Source of the DNA: Antedon mediterranea
Taxonomy: Eukaryota > Animalia > Echinodermata
Assembly (NCBI RefSeq): GCF_964355755.1
Contig: NC_092680.1
Span: forward strand, 1,612,001-1,676,000
Direction: 5' to 3'
DNA: 64,000 nucleotides
Part shown: in pieces, positions 13,325-25,957 of the stretch
Layout of the letters: each line of letters begins with the position of its first letter
Position numbering within the stretch: the stretch's first letter is position 1
Program-made: the position numbers and the translations under genes
Notes under the pieces: model-generated
Database searches by the model: none
What the model was told of the DNA's origin: nothing
The model's input: only the letters and a program-made list of their open reading frames with translations

Positions 13325-15960
13325 AACTATTGATTTTGTTTATTGACGTTCACTTGAAAATTATGAATTCATTTATTATTAGTTTATAATAAAATAAACA
13401 AGAACACAAAGACAATAGGCAATGGAGAGTTGATACAGTCCTATAAATACGCCTACTCACACCCAACAAGAACGGCAAGACGTGATCACTTTAATGCATT
13501 GGGATCCATACTACAAATAATAGTCATTATGGAACCAATTGAAGCACATTGTGTCACCAAGTTGATAATAATTATTATATCATCTTTATTTTAGCCCCTT
13601 TTGAAGAATAATGTTTTTTTATCAGTAATTTGTGTAATTAATACACTTTGTACATTTGTGACTTAAATTGTTAGATATGCATGATGTTTGTTGAATAGTT
13701 TTATTGCACGTGATACGTGTAATAACCGTAAACATGCGTGTGATAATCGCGTGCGACAAGCCAATAAAGACAGAAACTGCGAATATGCTCTTTTAAGCAA
13801 TTGACTTGCAAAGTACTGATATATGCGCACAACTAGAATACGCACAACTTGAATACGCACAACATGACATTTTAATTCAGTACACATAATTTAAAATTAC
13901 ATAGCGTTTCATTAGGCGGTTATGTTGATTCATTTGTTGAAATAAATGTTTTCATAAAGAAATTGTGGATATAATTGTATGTGTTTTATTTTTTATTTGA
14001 TAACGTTTCCTTTGTTGGAAAGAACGGAAGCTTATGTCCTCGTGTTAATTAATCATAGCAACGGTAATTATAACAAGATTGTAAGGCAGACTTCATACGC
14101 ATGATGCGTAAGTAATAATATAGATGACTGCTGCATTGGTGGCGTTGTGCTATGTATGTCAGAGGGCAGCAGACTGTGAAAAACAAAATATTTGAGTGGA
14201 TTTATCTGTTTTGCCATCTTTTTTTTTTAAGTCAAAAGAAATTGTTTATACCATAAATATTTCCCTGATTTGAAACTCGGCTGGTTTATGCAAATGAGAT
14301 TTATTTGTTAAATATTTTGTACTAATTTCTGTATCTGTAGTATAAACCAAGGAGGTATAAAAATAATATTTATTTTTATACCTTCCTGGTAAAACTGTCT
14401 CAGAGTCCAAAAATTTACAAATTATATACTGTATAATAAATGAAAATAGTAACCGATTTATTCAACTACCAATAGCAACGTCACAGCACAGGAACGATCT
14501 GAAATAAACGTTATACACACAAAAACACATTAAATCGTGACGTGCGTTTAACTCGTGTTTCTTTTGTGCGCATGTGTGACAATTTTGTGTGGAAGTTGTC
14601 GTATTCGAGTACTCAACGAAAGTTCCCAATCGAATACGACAAATGAGTAAGATGTTAAAATTAAGACGTTCGACTCTCAAAAATCTAATACTTACACTTT
14701 CCTTTTGGGAAATGTAATCCTAGTCACAATCAATTACCTGAATTCATAAATAATTAAAAAAATGGAAAAATAAATCCTATAAAATGACTTGTGTTTATAG
14801 ATATAGACCTGATACTTTTGAAATGTCATTGTGATTAGGTCAAATTGACTAGCTGTCTGTGACCTCATTTCCGAACATGTGACTTAATCTACAAGTCAAC
14901 AGCGCCGATTTAAAATATTTGATAGGCTACGTACGAATAATCCCATAGTGCTTTGTGAAGTTGTATTTAGATTGGAAACTAGTGACTCTGTCGAGTATGA
15001 TGTTGGCACAGGTGTTATACCAAAGAATATATATCATTTGGTTATACGTGTTATAAAGCGTATGCTTTATATTATATTCATGTGGGGGAGAGCGTGAGGG
15101 TTGCGTAAGGTTCTCTAACTATTCGCCACGATAAGGCGAGATTTTCTAGAAGAAACCTTTGTCAACTAAGATAATACTATGACAATATTATAATAATATA
15201 CATATTTATGTATATAGATATGAAATTTTATAAATAAATTAGATTGAAACGGTAAACATACAGTATTAAAAAAACACAGATTCTATAATGCAATTATAAA
15301 GGAAAAATATAGGCCTACAGTCTGTTCATTGGAAAATATTTCAATCAACTTATCTGGAAATAACGGAAGACGACTTATTAATGAAAAATGAATCTGTAAA
15401 ACAAACGTTGTCGGATGTTTTCTGAGAATGTATTACTCACAACATTGTTCAGAAGACATTTTCTGCTGTAAGTCCATGATAAGTAATGTGACCAGATCAG
15501 TACGCGATGGGCCATTCTTACTGTCACTTGTGATTGGTCAACTAACTTGTTTTGCGCCTACGTCGTTGCGTTGCGTCCAAGTGTGAACCCAGCTTTATAT
15601 AAAATACAGTAATAACACAATACACAATCATGTAATGATATACGCAATGCCAGCATTGTTTTTAATAAATTCTATTTTTGTCAAGTAGGCCTACTATCAC
15701 AATATTTTTTATAAATTCATGTACAAAATAAACTTGTTAGTCCAATTTCTTGAAAAAGTTTGTACAACATACAAAAAATCATATTTTTATAATCAACAAA
15801 AAGAAAAAATAAAGCTCGATTGACACTACAATATGATCAGAAATGTTTTTATCTAATGTTTTTCCCAAATTAACTACAGTATAAAAAAATACTCTAGTGA
15901 AAAAGTAGTGTGAAAAGAGCTTTACATTATGGAAAGTATAATATTTCTCTCTATTTTAAT

Positions 15961-18900
15961 TTACATAATTTGTGTGTAAACAGGGCCGAATTTTGTCCAT
16001 AGTAAGTATCCACCGCCAATAATAACAGAAAGTCCAATGGCAGCTGAAAACACAACGATTGTTATTGTTCCTGAAGATATTTTTTTATTGCCCACTTCTT
16101 GATCGTTCTCCTCTTCCAGAATTCTAGGAGTTGTCTGTTTTGGAAACATTATGTCCTTTTCATTGTTGTTATTATTATTGAAATTATTATTGAAATTATT
16201 ATTATTAACATTGTTAAATCTTCTACGTGTGACCACTACTGGTCTTGACGTTACATCAGTTCCTAAATATTCTTTACCAGTATTAGGTTGATCACTGCCG
16301 ATGTAAGGATTGTTAGGCGCGTTTCCAGCGCCTCCATTAGGTCTCTGTGCAACAGGAACTTCCATTCCAGGCCAACCAATGTTTGGTTTGGCTACGCCTG
16401 GGATACCATTAGCTCCATTGAAACCAGTACCAGCGTCACCTCTTCCTCGATCGCGGACTCCAGGGCCGCCACCTACTCCAGTACCACCACCTACTCCAGT
16501 ACCGCCACCGACACCCGTACCGCCACCTACTCCGGTGCCACCGCCTACTCCAGTGCCGCCGCCTACTTCAGTGCCGCCGCCTAATCCAGTACCTCCACCG
16601 ATTCCAGTACCGCCACCTACTCCAGTGCCGCCACCTACTCCAGTGCCGCCACCGAAACCATTACCACCACCTACTCCAGTGCCGCCACCGACTCCAGTGC
16701 CGCCACCTACTCCAGTGCCGCCACCTACTCCAGTGCCGCCACCTACTCCAGTGCCGCCACCTACTCCAGTGCCGCCACCTACTCCAGTGCCGCCGCCTAC
16801 TCCATTACCGCCGCCTACTCCAGTACCGCCACCGACTCCAGTACCGCCACCACCTACTCCAGTACCGCCACCTACTCCAGTACCACCACCGACTCCAGTA
16901 CCACCACCGCCTCCAGTACCTTCACTGACTCCGGTACCACCACCGACTCCGGTACCGCCGCCTACCCCAGCACCTCCACCTACCCCGGCACCTCCACCGA
17001 CTCCGGTACCGCCACCGAGTCCAGGGCCACTACCGCCTACACCAGTACCTCCTCCTCCACCAGTACCAACTACCCCTGGGCTTCCACCCCACACACTATT
17101 GCCGCCTCCAGTACCACCGCCTACACCAGCGCCTCCTCCGCCAACACCAGTACCACCTCCATTTCCTCCTGGACCACCTGCTCCACCATTTACACCAGTA
17201 CCGCCTCCACCACCTACACCAGTACCGCCTCCACCTACACCAGTACCGCCTCCACCTACGCCAGTACCGCCTCCACCTACACCAGTACCGCCTCCACCTA
17301 CTCCAGTACCGCCTCCACCTACGCCAGTACCGCCTCCACCTACGCCAGTACCGCCTCCACCTACGCCAGTACCGCCTCTACCTACGCCAGTACCGCCTCC
17401 ACCTAATCCAGTACCGCCTCCACCTACGCCAGTACCGCCTCTACCTACGCCAGTACCGACTCCACCTACGCCAGTACCGACTCCACCTACGCCAGTACCG
17501 CCTCCACCTACGCCAGTACCTCCTCCATCTACGCCAGTACCGACTCCAATTCCTGTCCCTCCGTGAAAGGCACTATCTATACTACTATATCCAGTAGGGC
17601 TATTTCCTTCAGCCATTCCAGGTGAATCTATGCCGTTTAATGGGGTTCCTGAGTCTTGTTCTGTTTCTGACGGTAATTCATTTTCTTGCATTACCAGATC
17701 TGATGATGAGTCCTCTCCAGAATTACTATCGGGTGGTCCTCCTGCCAGGTATGCGTTAACCTTTTTCTTGTAAATAACTTCTCCGTACAAGACACCTCTT
17801 TTGATCCTTAGTGCGTCATTACATTCTACGGCAACTGCAAAATAATGAAAATGTATTGAACAAAATTAGTATATGTTGTCCTATACTCAGTGTAGCTAAT
17901 AAACCTTTACATCTATTAAATGGGCGTGGGATTTTATAATGCGGTTATATTGATTCTATGATGATTGTCTATTATTGTAACCATTCTAAAGCATTGAGTC
18001 AATCCTGTCAAAAAAACGTGTGATAATGTGGAAGAAAAACGTGTGATAATGTGGAAGAAAAACGTGTGATAATGTGGAAGAATAACGTGTGATAATGTGG
18101 AAGAAAAACGTGTGATAATGTGGAAGAAAAACGTGTGATAATGTGGAAGAAAAACGTGTGATAATGTGGAAGAAAAACGTGTGATAATGTGGAAGAAAAA
18201 CGTGTGATAATGTGGAAGAAAAACGTGTGATAATGTGGAAGAATAACGTGTGTCTGATCTTATTGCACACACAATGACTGTGAACGAAACATAAAACATC
18301 TTCTTAAGCTCTGTTTACACTATCAATCTAATTTGACAAAAAAGTGTGATGTGCCCAAATATGGTAGTGATATGACATCATCATATCCATATATGGTCAC
18401 AACATTTTGTGTAACATAAAGTTTGATAGTGTAGACAGAGCTTACGGGTCTCTTCGTGTCGTACAGCTTCCGCCAAACGGCGCTCATTCGATCGTCTGTC
18501 CACAACGATAAACTACTCTACACCTAATACTCAATACTACTACTCATTGCCATGTAGAGTACCGTATGTTTGTATTCATGTGTTTGTTTCTCAAGATACA
18601 TAAAGTCGTACCTGTACGTTAGCCTATATGTAATATGATTACAGTTCAGATTATGATAAAATATGATAATTAAGTACAGGCTTGTATGATTCATTTCTGA
18701 ATCATATGACTTTAACAGTTCAATGGTTTTTCCAAAAAAGGAGAGATGTCCTTTATTCATTTCGTAATCTTCAATATAAGCATAATTTATATATAGATGT
18801 CGTTCTTCCTTTCTTATCGAATTACTGTGCCTGGCACGGAATTTATGTCAGATTTGGGGTCAATCCAATAAAGTTACAATGTATAATCCAACTTTATATC

Positions 18901-19281
18901 TTCCACCAAAGCATAAACCTCATTACTTTAACTATTATTTAAATTGTCATTGGCTTATTATTATTGATAATAGATTTTAAACATTTGAAATATTAGGATT
19001 TTTAAATAAGTAAAAATCATGTATAAATGTTACCAATAAATAAGATCACGTCTTAATCAATAAAAAGATAGACATGCACTAAATAAATATTTCTCTAATC
19101 TTAATATGAAACTTATCTTAATTGAAACTCATTGTTCCAAGGTAAAAGGATCAGGACTAAGATCGAACCAAGCACCTTGAAATTGATAACATATATTAAA
19201 CGCATATATATCGAATAACATTAAATTTTATAACTTACCGAGCAGTAAAAATGATAGTGTCCACAATATTTTCGACGCCAT
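15961..19281 (-). CDS. Two-exon glycine-rich repeat (GGGTGV)n single-pass membrane protein (gene C, ~638 aa)
   Basis: Exon 1 19281-19239 (MASKILWTLSFLLL+G, donor GTAAGT) and exon 2 17834-15961 (acceptor CATTATTTTGCAG). The join gives MASKILWTLSFLLLVAVEC|NDALRIKR|GVLYGE, in frame with the 609-aa ORF. Long Gly-Thr-Val array, RGD, Asn-rich tract, TM TITIVVFSAAIGLSVIIGGGYLLW, tail ending YTQIM. Confidence 0.88.
16470..17550 (-). repeat. Coding minisatellite: 18-bp (GGGTGV) and 21-bp (GGGGTGV) codon repeats
   Basis: Plus strand shows tandem CCACCTACTCCAGTGCCG (18 bp) and CCACCTACGCCAGTACCGCCT (21 bp) blocks inside gene C exon 2. Confidence 0.9.
18012..18252. repeat. 23-bp minisatellite (~10 copies) in the intron of gene C
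   Basis: Unit AAAAACGTGTGATAATGTGGAAG recurs every 23 bp (C at 18017, 18040, 18063 ... 18247). Confidence 0.95.
18306..18443. mobile_element. MITE family A (AAGCTCTGTCTACACTATCAAA TIRs, ~140 bp)
   Basis: Terminal inverted repeats AAGCTCTGTTTACACTATCAA / TTTGATAGTGTAGACAGAGCTT around the core GTGCCCAAATATGGTAGTGATATGACATCATC. Other full or partial copies at ~6555-6670, 11020-11172, 39836-39893, 52550-52642, 52944-53060 and 57845-57940. Confidence 0.85.
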
Positions 19282-22200
19282 TTTCTTAAATCTGTGGCGT
19301 AGGTAAATATATAGAAGGCAATGTTGGTTTAACAAAAGCCTGTAGAAAACTAAGTTAGTGATAAACTTTATATTGGTTGGTTATTAGTTTTAGTTAATCT
19401 TACGTCATAGTGCTGTCATCCGTGTCAGGAGGTTGATTCGTCATATCTGCTCGGTGCCTTTCGATACAATTTCCTATCTAATTATGCACTAGTTCAGCAG
19501 CACGACTGGAGGGAAGTTTCTGGTGACTGATATGACACAGGATACGCCGTATTAACCGTAAATCTCGATTGAGTTTATACAGGGTGCGTTCACATGGGCT
19601 CCCAAATTGTTTTAATCTTTAAATTATACTTTGTTAACTTAAATTACCAACACATCAAAGATCAAAGTCAGCCTAATGGCAAATACAGACATACGTAACT
19701 TAATTTACTCTTTAAATTGCATTAAACTGCATTTATTAAATATTTAAATCAAATGACCTGATTAGCAAAATTCGACGACTAGACGATAACTTATTTAAAA
19801 GGCTAAAAATAATATTTTAGATTTCAGGAAAAAATGACTTATGTGAAGCAAATTTTAAGATATTATAGTTATGAATTTTGATTAGATCAAGGTTAGGTCC
19901 GTCCATTCAATTACGATATATTTCTTGTTCTCATTTATTTAGTGTTATATAATAACATAATAGAAACATTCCGACTATTCTTCGCTAGTCCATTTAAATT
20001 CAATTTCTATTATTTCCAAAATCACATATCCATTACAATATTAAAACTGATGTTCTATGTTGATGCAAACATTGTAATTTGTTAATAAGAAAATATGACG
20101 TTTATAATATTATAGTAATACATTTGCATTAATAAATGTACCGCGAAAAAGAAAGTTCTGTCGTCGATTCTAAGAAAAATTTAACTGATATTCATATTTT
20201 CTTGTTGTTCAGGATGTAAGTACGGTATCTCAATCTCAACATTACTATATATTAAAATCTGTACTTTCTGTTTGCCGATTACATAAATGGTAAAAATGTA
20301 TATAAAGGGTAAATAATAATGAATATAAATATTCATTCATTTCGTAAAATCAATTTCAATAAATATAAACAGAACAAGATTACAAGCAATAAACTAGAAA
20401 CGTAAACTTAAACATTAAAAACTTGAAACAACAAATCAAGAAAACAGTTATGAAATTATTAGTAACATGATTACTGATTTTAAAGAAAACAAACAATAAA
20501 TGAAAAACTGAAAATAACATGTAACTAATTTAGTGACTAGCAGTATCTCCTAAGTTAAATAAAATTAAATTAGTAAGTGAGATAATTGTTTCCTGTTCAC
20601 CAAGAAACAATTTGTTTCAAGATTCACCAAAACGGTTTGTTTTACATTTAATGGATTTTAAAACCATATATGCAGTACTAAAGAACAAAACTTGTTTTTC
20701 TTTTTTGTTCGTTTGTGAGTTTGTCATTTTGATAGCAATAATACTAAAACATTACATTGTAAAAATAATTATACTAAACACCAGACTCTAGTATAAATCT
20801 ACATGTCCTAATTTTTTCCTAAGTATACATATTTTATTTTGGGTTAATTTAATTAAGAATAATTCTTTATTTTGAATCTATATTCATATATAAATCTAGT
20901 GATATAAGTTTACGCCTTTTATTTAGTACCTTTAGCATTTAATTTTTTTTAACAATAACTTGTTTGTCTTTTAATTGCCTAATGTTTAAAATACATTGTT
21001 TCGCTTTGGTACAGTAACTTATTGGTAAAGAAGTATGCTGATGAAGAAATGGAAGTAGTGGCATGGTCATAGATCACACTCACGTCATATTGCGAATTTT
21101 GGACAAAAAGTGTTTTGAGAGCGCTTTTGATTTAAACATTAGCGCGAGCCTATCTTTACCGCTGAGAATTGTATTGAGAAACCCGAAGACTTCACGCGAG
21201 CGAGGCGAACTGACTAAGAACATTATTACTATAGATTTTCACTTCATACACGCTTATTATTGAACAATAGTTAGTATAAATATCTGCTAGTTAATTAGAG
21301 ACATTCGATGTTACTAAGAATACTAAAGAAATTACTTATAATACAAATTTAAAAGATTTATAACGATTCTAGTTTAGGTAACATTCGCCCATTAACAATG
21401 AAAACAAACAAATCCTGCGTAGGAAATCGCGGAACTCTAAAAACTTTGTTTTAATATCACGCTAAAATTGTTTCCGAATTTTTAAATACATATTTGTAAA
21501 TATTATGTTAAATTTCAATATCTTTACTTTTAATCCTCAAAAAATCAAAATGTTGATATTTTTTAAAAGAATTTTATGATCATTTGAAATCGGGTATATT
21601 TACTATCGATCGCGCTCCGCCGGTGCCCGAGTAGGTGTGTACGCGTCGCTTTTGCAGGCTCTATTCCCAGTAGCGAGTTTCGGTCGCGCTAACATAAGCA
21701 ATGTTTTCTACATGTACATGCATTAGGGGTAAATTATGTTTAATTGTTTTTACCGCATAACAAAATTCCCAAATTTATTTCTTTTCTTGCCTAACCGTTT
21801 CTGTCACCCTAAAATCAAATGCTTTAACTGCATAATTTTAAGCGACAATAACATACAAATAGGCCTACTATAATTTGATCACTTCTGCGCAATACTTTAA
21901 AGTTGTTGTATACAATTATTTTAAGAATATAAATAAAAAAACACAGAAACTAATAAAATGGCAACTAATTGAAAAGTCAAACTCATTTATTTCATCAATT
22001 AAATATTTGAAAAAAATCAAATCAAGTAAGGTACTGCTGTGTAGGCCTTAAATATGATTACTGTATTTTTTTAGTTTTAATTTGTATAATGGCCTAGGCC
22101 TAATAATATAGTACTAACAACATGTTTATTTCTAAAGGCAAGTATAACAAACAGCTTTATTTATTTACCTTCAATATTAAATCTATGAGAAACCTCAATT

Positions 22201-23192
22201 ATGAGAATCATTTAAATTTCTGTCACCGTACATTTCATTATAATGAAAACCTTTAATTTAAAAGACATTTAATTAATAAGAGCTGGTCACATTTTTTTTA
22301 ATGTCAACATGCTGTCCATAAATAGCCGCTTTCTCAAGTGATGCAAATGTTTTCTGGAGTCAGATCCTATAAAAAATATAGAAATATAAAAAGTATGTTA
22401 ATTTAAATATGTATTTGAAAGATGGGCTAGAGGTATAGGCCTACTGCATGATAAATTAGGCTGAAAAACCTAGCATGTGGTCCTAGGCCTACTACAAGGC
22501 CTAGCTTGATGTTTTTTATCCCATAAAACGTTTGAATTTAATACAAGTACAAAATCTAATTTATATAGAGTTGTAAAGTGTGGTACATTCAGTACATTAA
22601 TTAAAATAAATGAGAATGGGGCCTAATATTAATAAATAAACATGTAAAAAAATTGGCCTAAACGACTACGTGTGTATCTTATACGCATTGATTAACACGC
22701 AGTACGCGTTGGACCATCAAGGCTAGGCCCAGCTTCGCACAAACCACCGTTATACATGTGATTTGTTTACCTATTTCAATCGCCATTTAAAAAATACCTG
22801 AAAATATCAACATGCCCATTTTTTGTCAAACGAATATTTACATTACATAGTAACTTTTTATTTAGTCAATCGTTTACTCAAAAATTGAGGAATTTTTTTA
22901 TGGTCTCGTAAAAATGTACAATATTATTATTGATAAAAACCGTATAAAATCTAACAAAAAGAAGAGCAAATTCAATGATTACCTGACACGATCATAACTG
23001 CTATCCTGTTCCAAAAACCAAGTCACATGCTTCTTCAACCCTTGCTTTAATTATTCTCATGAATTATTCATAAGGAACTATAATTTAAGGCTTTCAATTG
23101 GTTAAAAGAGTTTAACCCTATTAAAATTTTAAATTCACATCATTTCCGGGTGATGTTGTCGCGCTTCGATGAATCTCAGAAATCACAAATGA

Positions 23193-23206
23193 CCGCTAGA
23201 GGGCTC
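23193..23206 (+). promoter_or_regulatory. CTCF-like binding motif
   Basis: CCGCTAGAGGGCTC closely matches the CTCF core CCRSYAGRKGGCR and stands out in AT-rich DNA; sequence match only. Confidence 0.4.
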
Positions 23207-25957
23207 ACTACTTTTTGTCTAGTCTAAATGAATGTGAGATGTGTTTAAAATTAATACAATATTATAAACAGCAAAGTTTAGTTTAGAATCCCGCAGCTGT
23301 CTAATTTCCTACGAAAGAGACGAGCGAATGACAGATTGCAATAGCAGAAACACGATTACATTGACATTTTGAATATGAAGAGGAATATAACAAAAATTGA
23401 TTGACCTTTGACACAAAAGACAAAGAGGAAAAAGAAAGTTCTAAAGATGAAAGTAGAGGCAAAAAAACCAAACACTTTTGAATCTAGTTTCGTTAGATGT
23501 TTATACTTTCTGCTGTTCTTTGATAAGGAAAGATGAGATAGATTATGAAGGTTCATACAATACAGCATTTGATCTATATACTTAAATAGTCCCTACATGT
23601 TTAATAGTTATGTAATTTTAAGTGACTTTTTTCATTTGCTGTTTCCTTACTTTTTTTTATTAAATTCTTATTTAAAAATATAAATGTGATGGTCCATTGA
23701 ATTCAGATGTTATATCTTTTTTTTAGATTAAAAAAAATGATACCATAATATCTGGAATAGAATTAAGTCTGTAATATCCTGCAAATGTTACTAATACTAC
23801 TTCCTTCATGGTACAATTTAGCCAATAATATCTTAATATGCAGTCTAGTCTAATAATATTAATGTAGGATGTACGCGTATTTGTAAACTTTCAAACTTTG
23901 TTCCGTAGTACAGTACACACTCACACACACATCATACCACGTGCGACACGTGTAAATATCCGTGAAACATTCATTCTATAAATACCCCCTTGAATAAATT
24001 TTTATTGATACGAATTATGAGCTGGACAATCATCAGCCATTATATAATTATATTATTAGAATACTAGGCCTACACTTGTAAAAATGTATTATTTTAAATC
24101 CACACAAACCCATTATGGCTCTGAATCCACAGTTGCAACAGCGCCCCCATCGTTCAAAACGTTAAAACTTTGAATAAAATCTTATACCATTCAACTATTA
24201 AAGTACAAGTATAGTTCTATGTTAAATTTGCATTATAGCAAATTATACAGTTTCTATAACTTATCTAAAGTAATTACACATTTTCTCTTATAATTATGCA
24301 AAATTGACCCTTTTTGAAGTTAAAAAGTCTTAATTGTTCCTCTCTCTATGTAAATAATTAGGTGTTCCGACATTAATGGATACCCCAAATACTAATTATA
24401 ATACATTCAGCCACGGGAAAGAGATATCTATCTGTTTGTGTTAGTCATTCCTCATTCATTATTTGATCCAGAAAGAGATATCTGTTTGTGTTAGTCATTC
24501 CTCATATCATTATTTGATCCAAAAATGGTTAATGTTTCAATTGTCTTTTTAAAAGACTATCATGAAAATAATACCTTTCCAAACTTTATTTATTAGTCCA
24601 TTAATAAAAGCCCTTTGCTAATTCCAAGTGAATTCAGATTTCATTATGGACAATTTAATTGGTCGCCACCAATGTTTTAAATCATGGAAACATTGAACAA
24701 ATCATTGAAATGTTGATCTTATTTTAGAGATTTTAATATGACTCTACGCAACGCAAAGACGTACGCGCAAGTCAAGTAATTTTAACAATCAAAAGTGGAT
24801 TATCCGTCGCTTGCGATTGGTTATATTCTTGTGGTGGTGCGGGTGCACGTTTCCCTTAAGCTTGGTTCTCATTTAGACGAATTGACATTATGGCCAACTC
24901 AATTCGGATGGTAACGCTTCGTTATTGGTCCAATTACTTGCGGCTGGTTGAGTTCTTTCTTTACGTCCAAGCGGGAACCAATACACTACGTCCAAGTTGG
25001 GAACCAATACGCTAAGTTGGGGAACCAAGCTTAAAATCGATTCTGTAAAGTCCATCAGTAGGAAGACGAAGCTCTTTTAGAGTTGAACTCGATACAAATT
25101 TAGGAGCAATTAACCATTCATAATTGTTGCTGACGCCTACACACAAAAATGACTACAACACAAATGCAACGTTAAAGGTTTCGTTTATTAATAAATGTAA
25201 CCTTGTTAGTAATAAAGTGTTTCTCTTTTTTGACCGATAGATGAATGACTAACACACTTTCAAATGTGAATACTAGTCATTCATTTCCTGCATCCTGCTC
25301 TACCATTTCCACTTTTGCCAACTTTGCAAAAACAACTTTTCAAAAATATAATCTTAATTAAAAAAAGATAAACGCAAATAATCATATTAGTAATCTAATG
25401 TCATAAAATAAGGCACAAAATCCAAAAATATTAACAGATTAAAATCAGAATAAATGTATTCTAGTAGTATGTTGATAGAGATTATTGCATATACAATAAT
25501 ATCTGCACGTTTTTAAATATTTAAACATTAATAAATTACTAGAGCATCATATAGCATAGTTTATTTATATAACATAACACAACATTACTGTTGTTATTTT
25601 ATAATAGATTATAGACAGAGTTAGTATTATATAATTATTTATTAGCTGTCTTAGATACAGTGCAGCGTCTTTCTTGGTTACAATTTCTAGCCAAATTGAA
25701 CAAAATATCTGTTCAATTAAACATCGCAAATAGTATGCTACGTTACTTTTATATTTTTATTATAAAATACATACTGTTTTTTAAAGTTTTTTTGGTTCGT
25801 ACTATAGTATTATAAAAACCATAAGTTATTAATGCCACAAGCGTTTAGCCTCAGCAAATAGGCCAGCCTATTTGTAAACTTAATAATTAGACTAAAACAG
25901 TATTTTAAATTAGATTTTCGTGAATAAGTTTATAAAGTTTTTAGAGTTGAAATTGAT

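Noticed and set aside
16310-17566. 418-aa Pro/Thr-rich extensin-like ORF on the plus strand
   Set aside because: Mirror of the Gly-rich repeat; the minus strand has the splice sites, signal peptide and TM helix, while this frame has none.
17934-18299. Repetitive ORFs and a superficially CRISPR-like array
   Set aside because: Contiguous 23-bp minisatellite with no unique spacers, in a eukaryotic intron.
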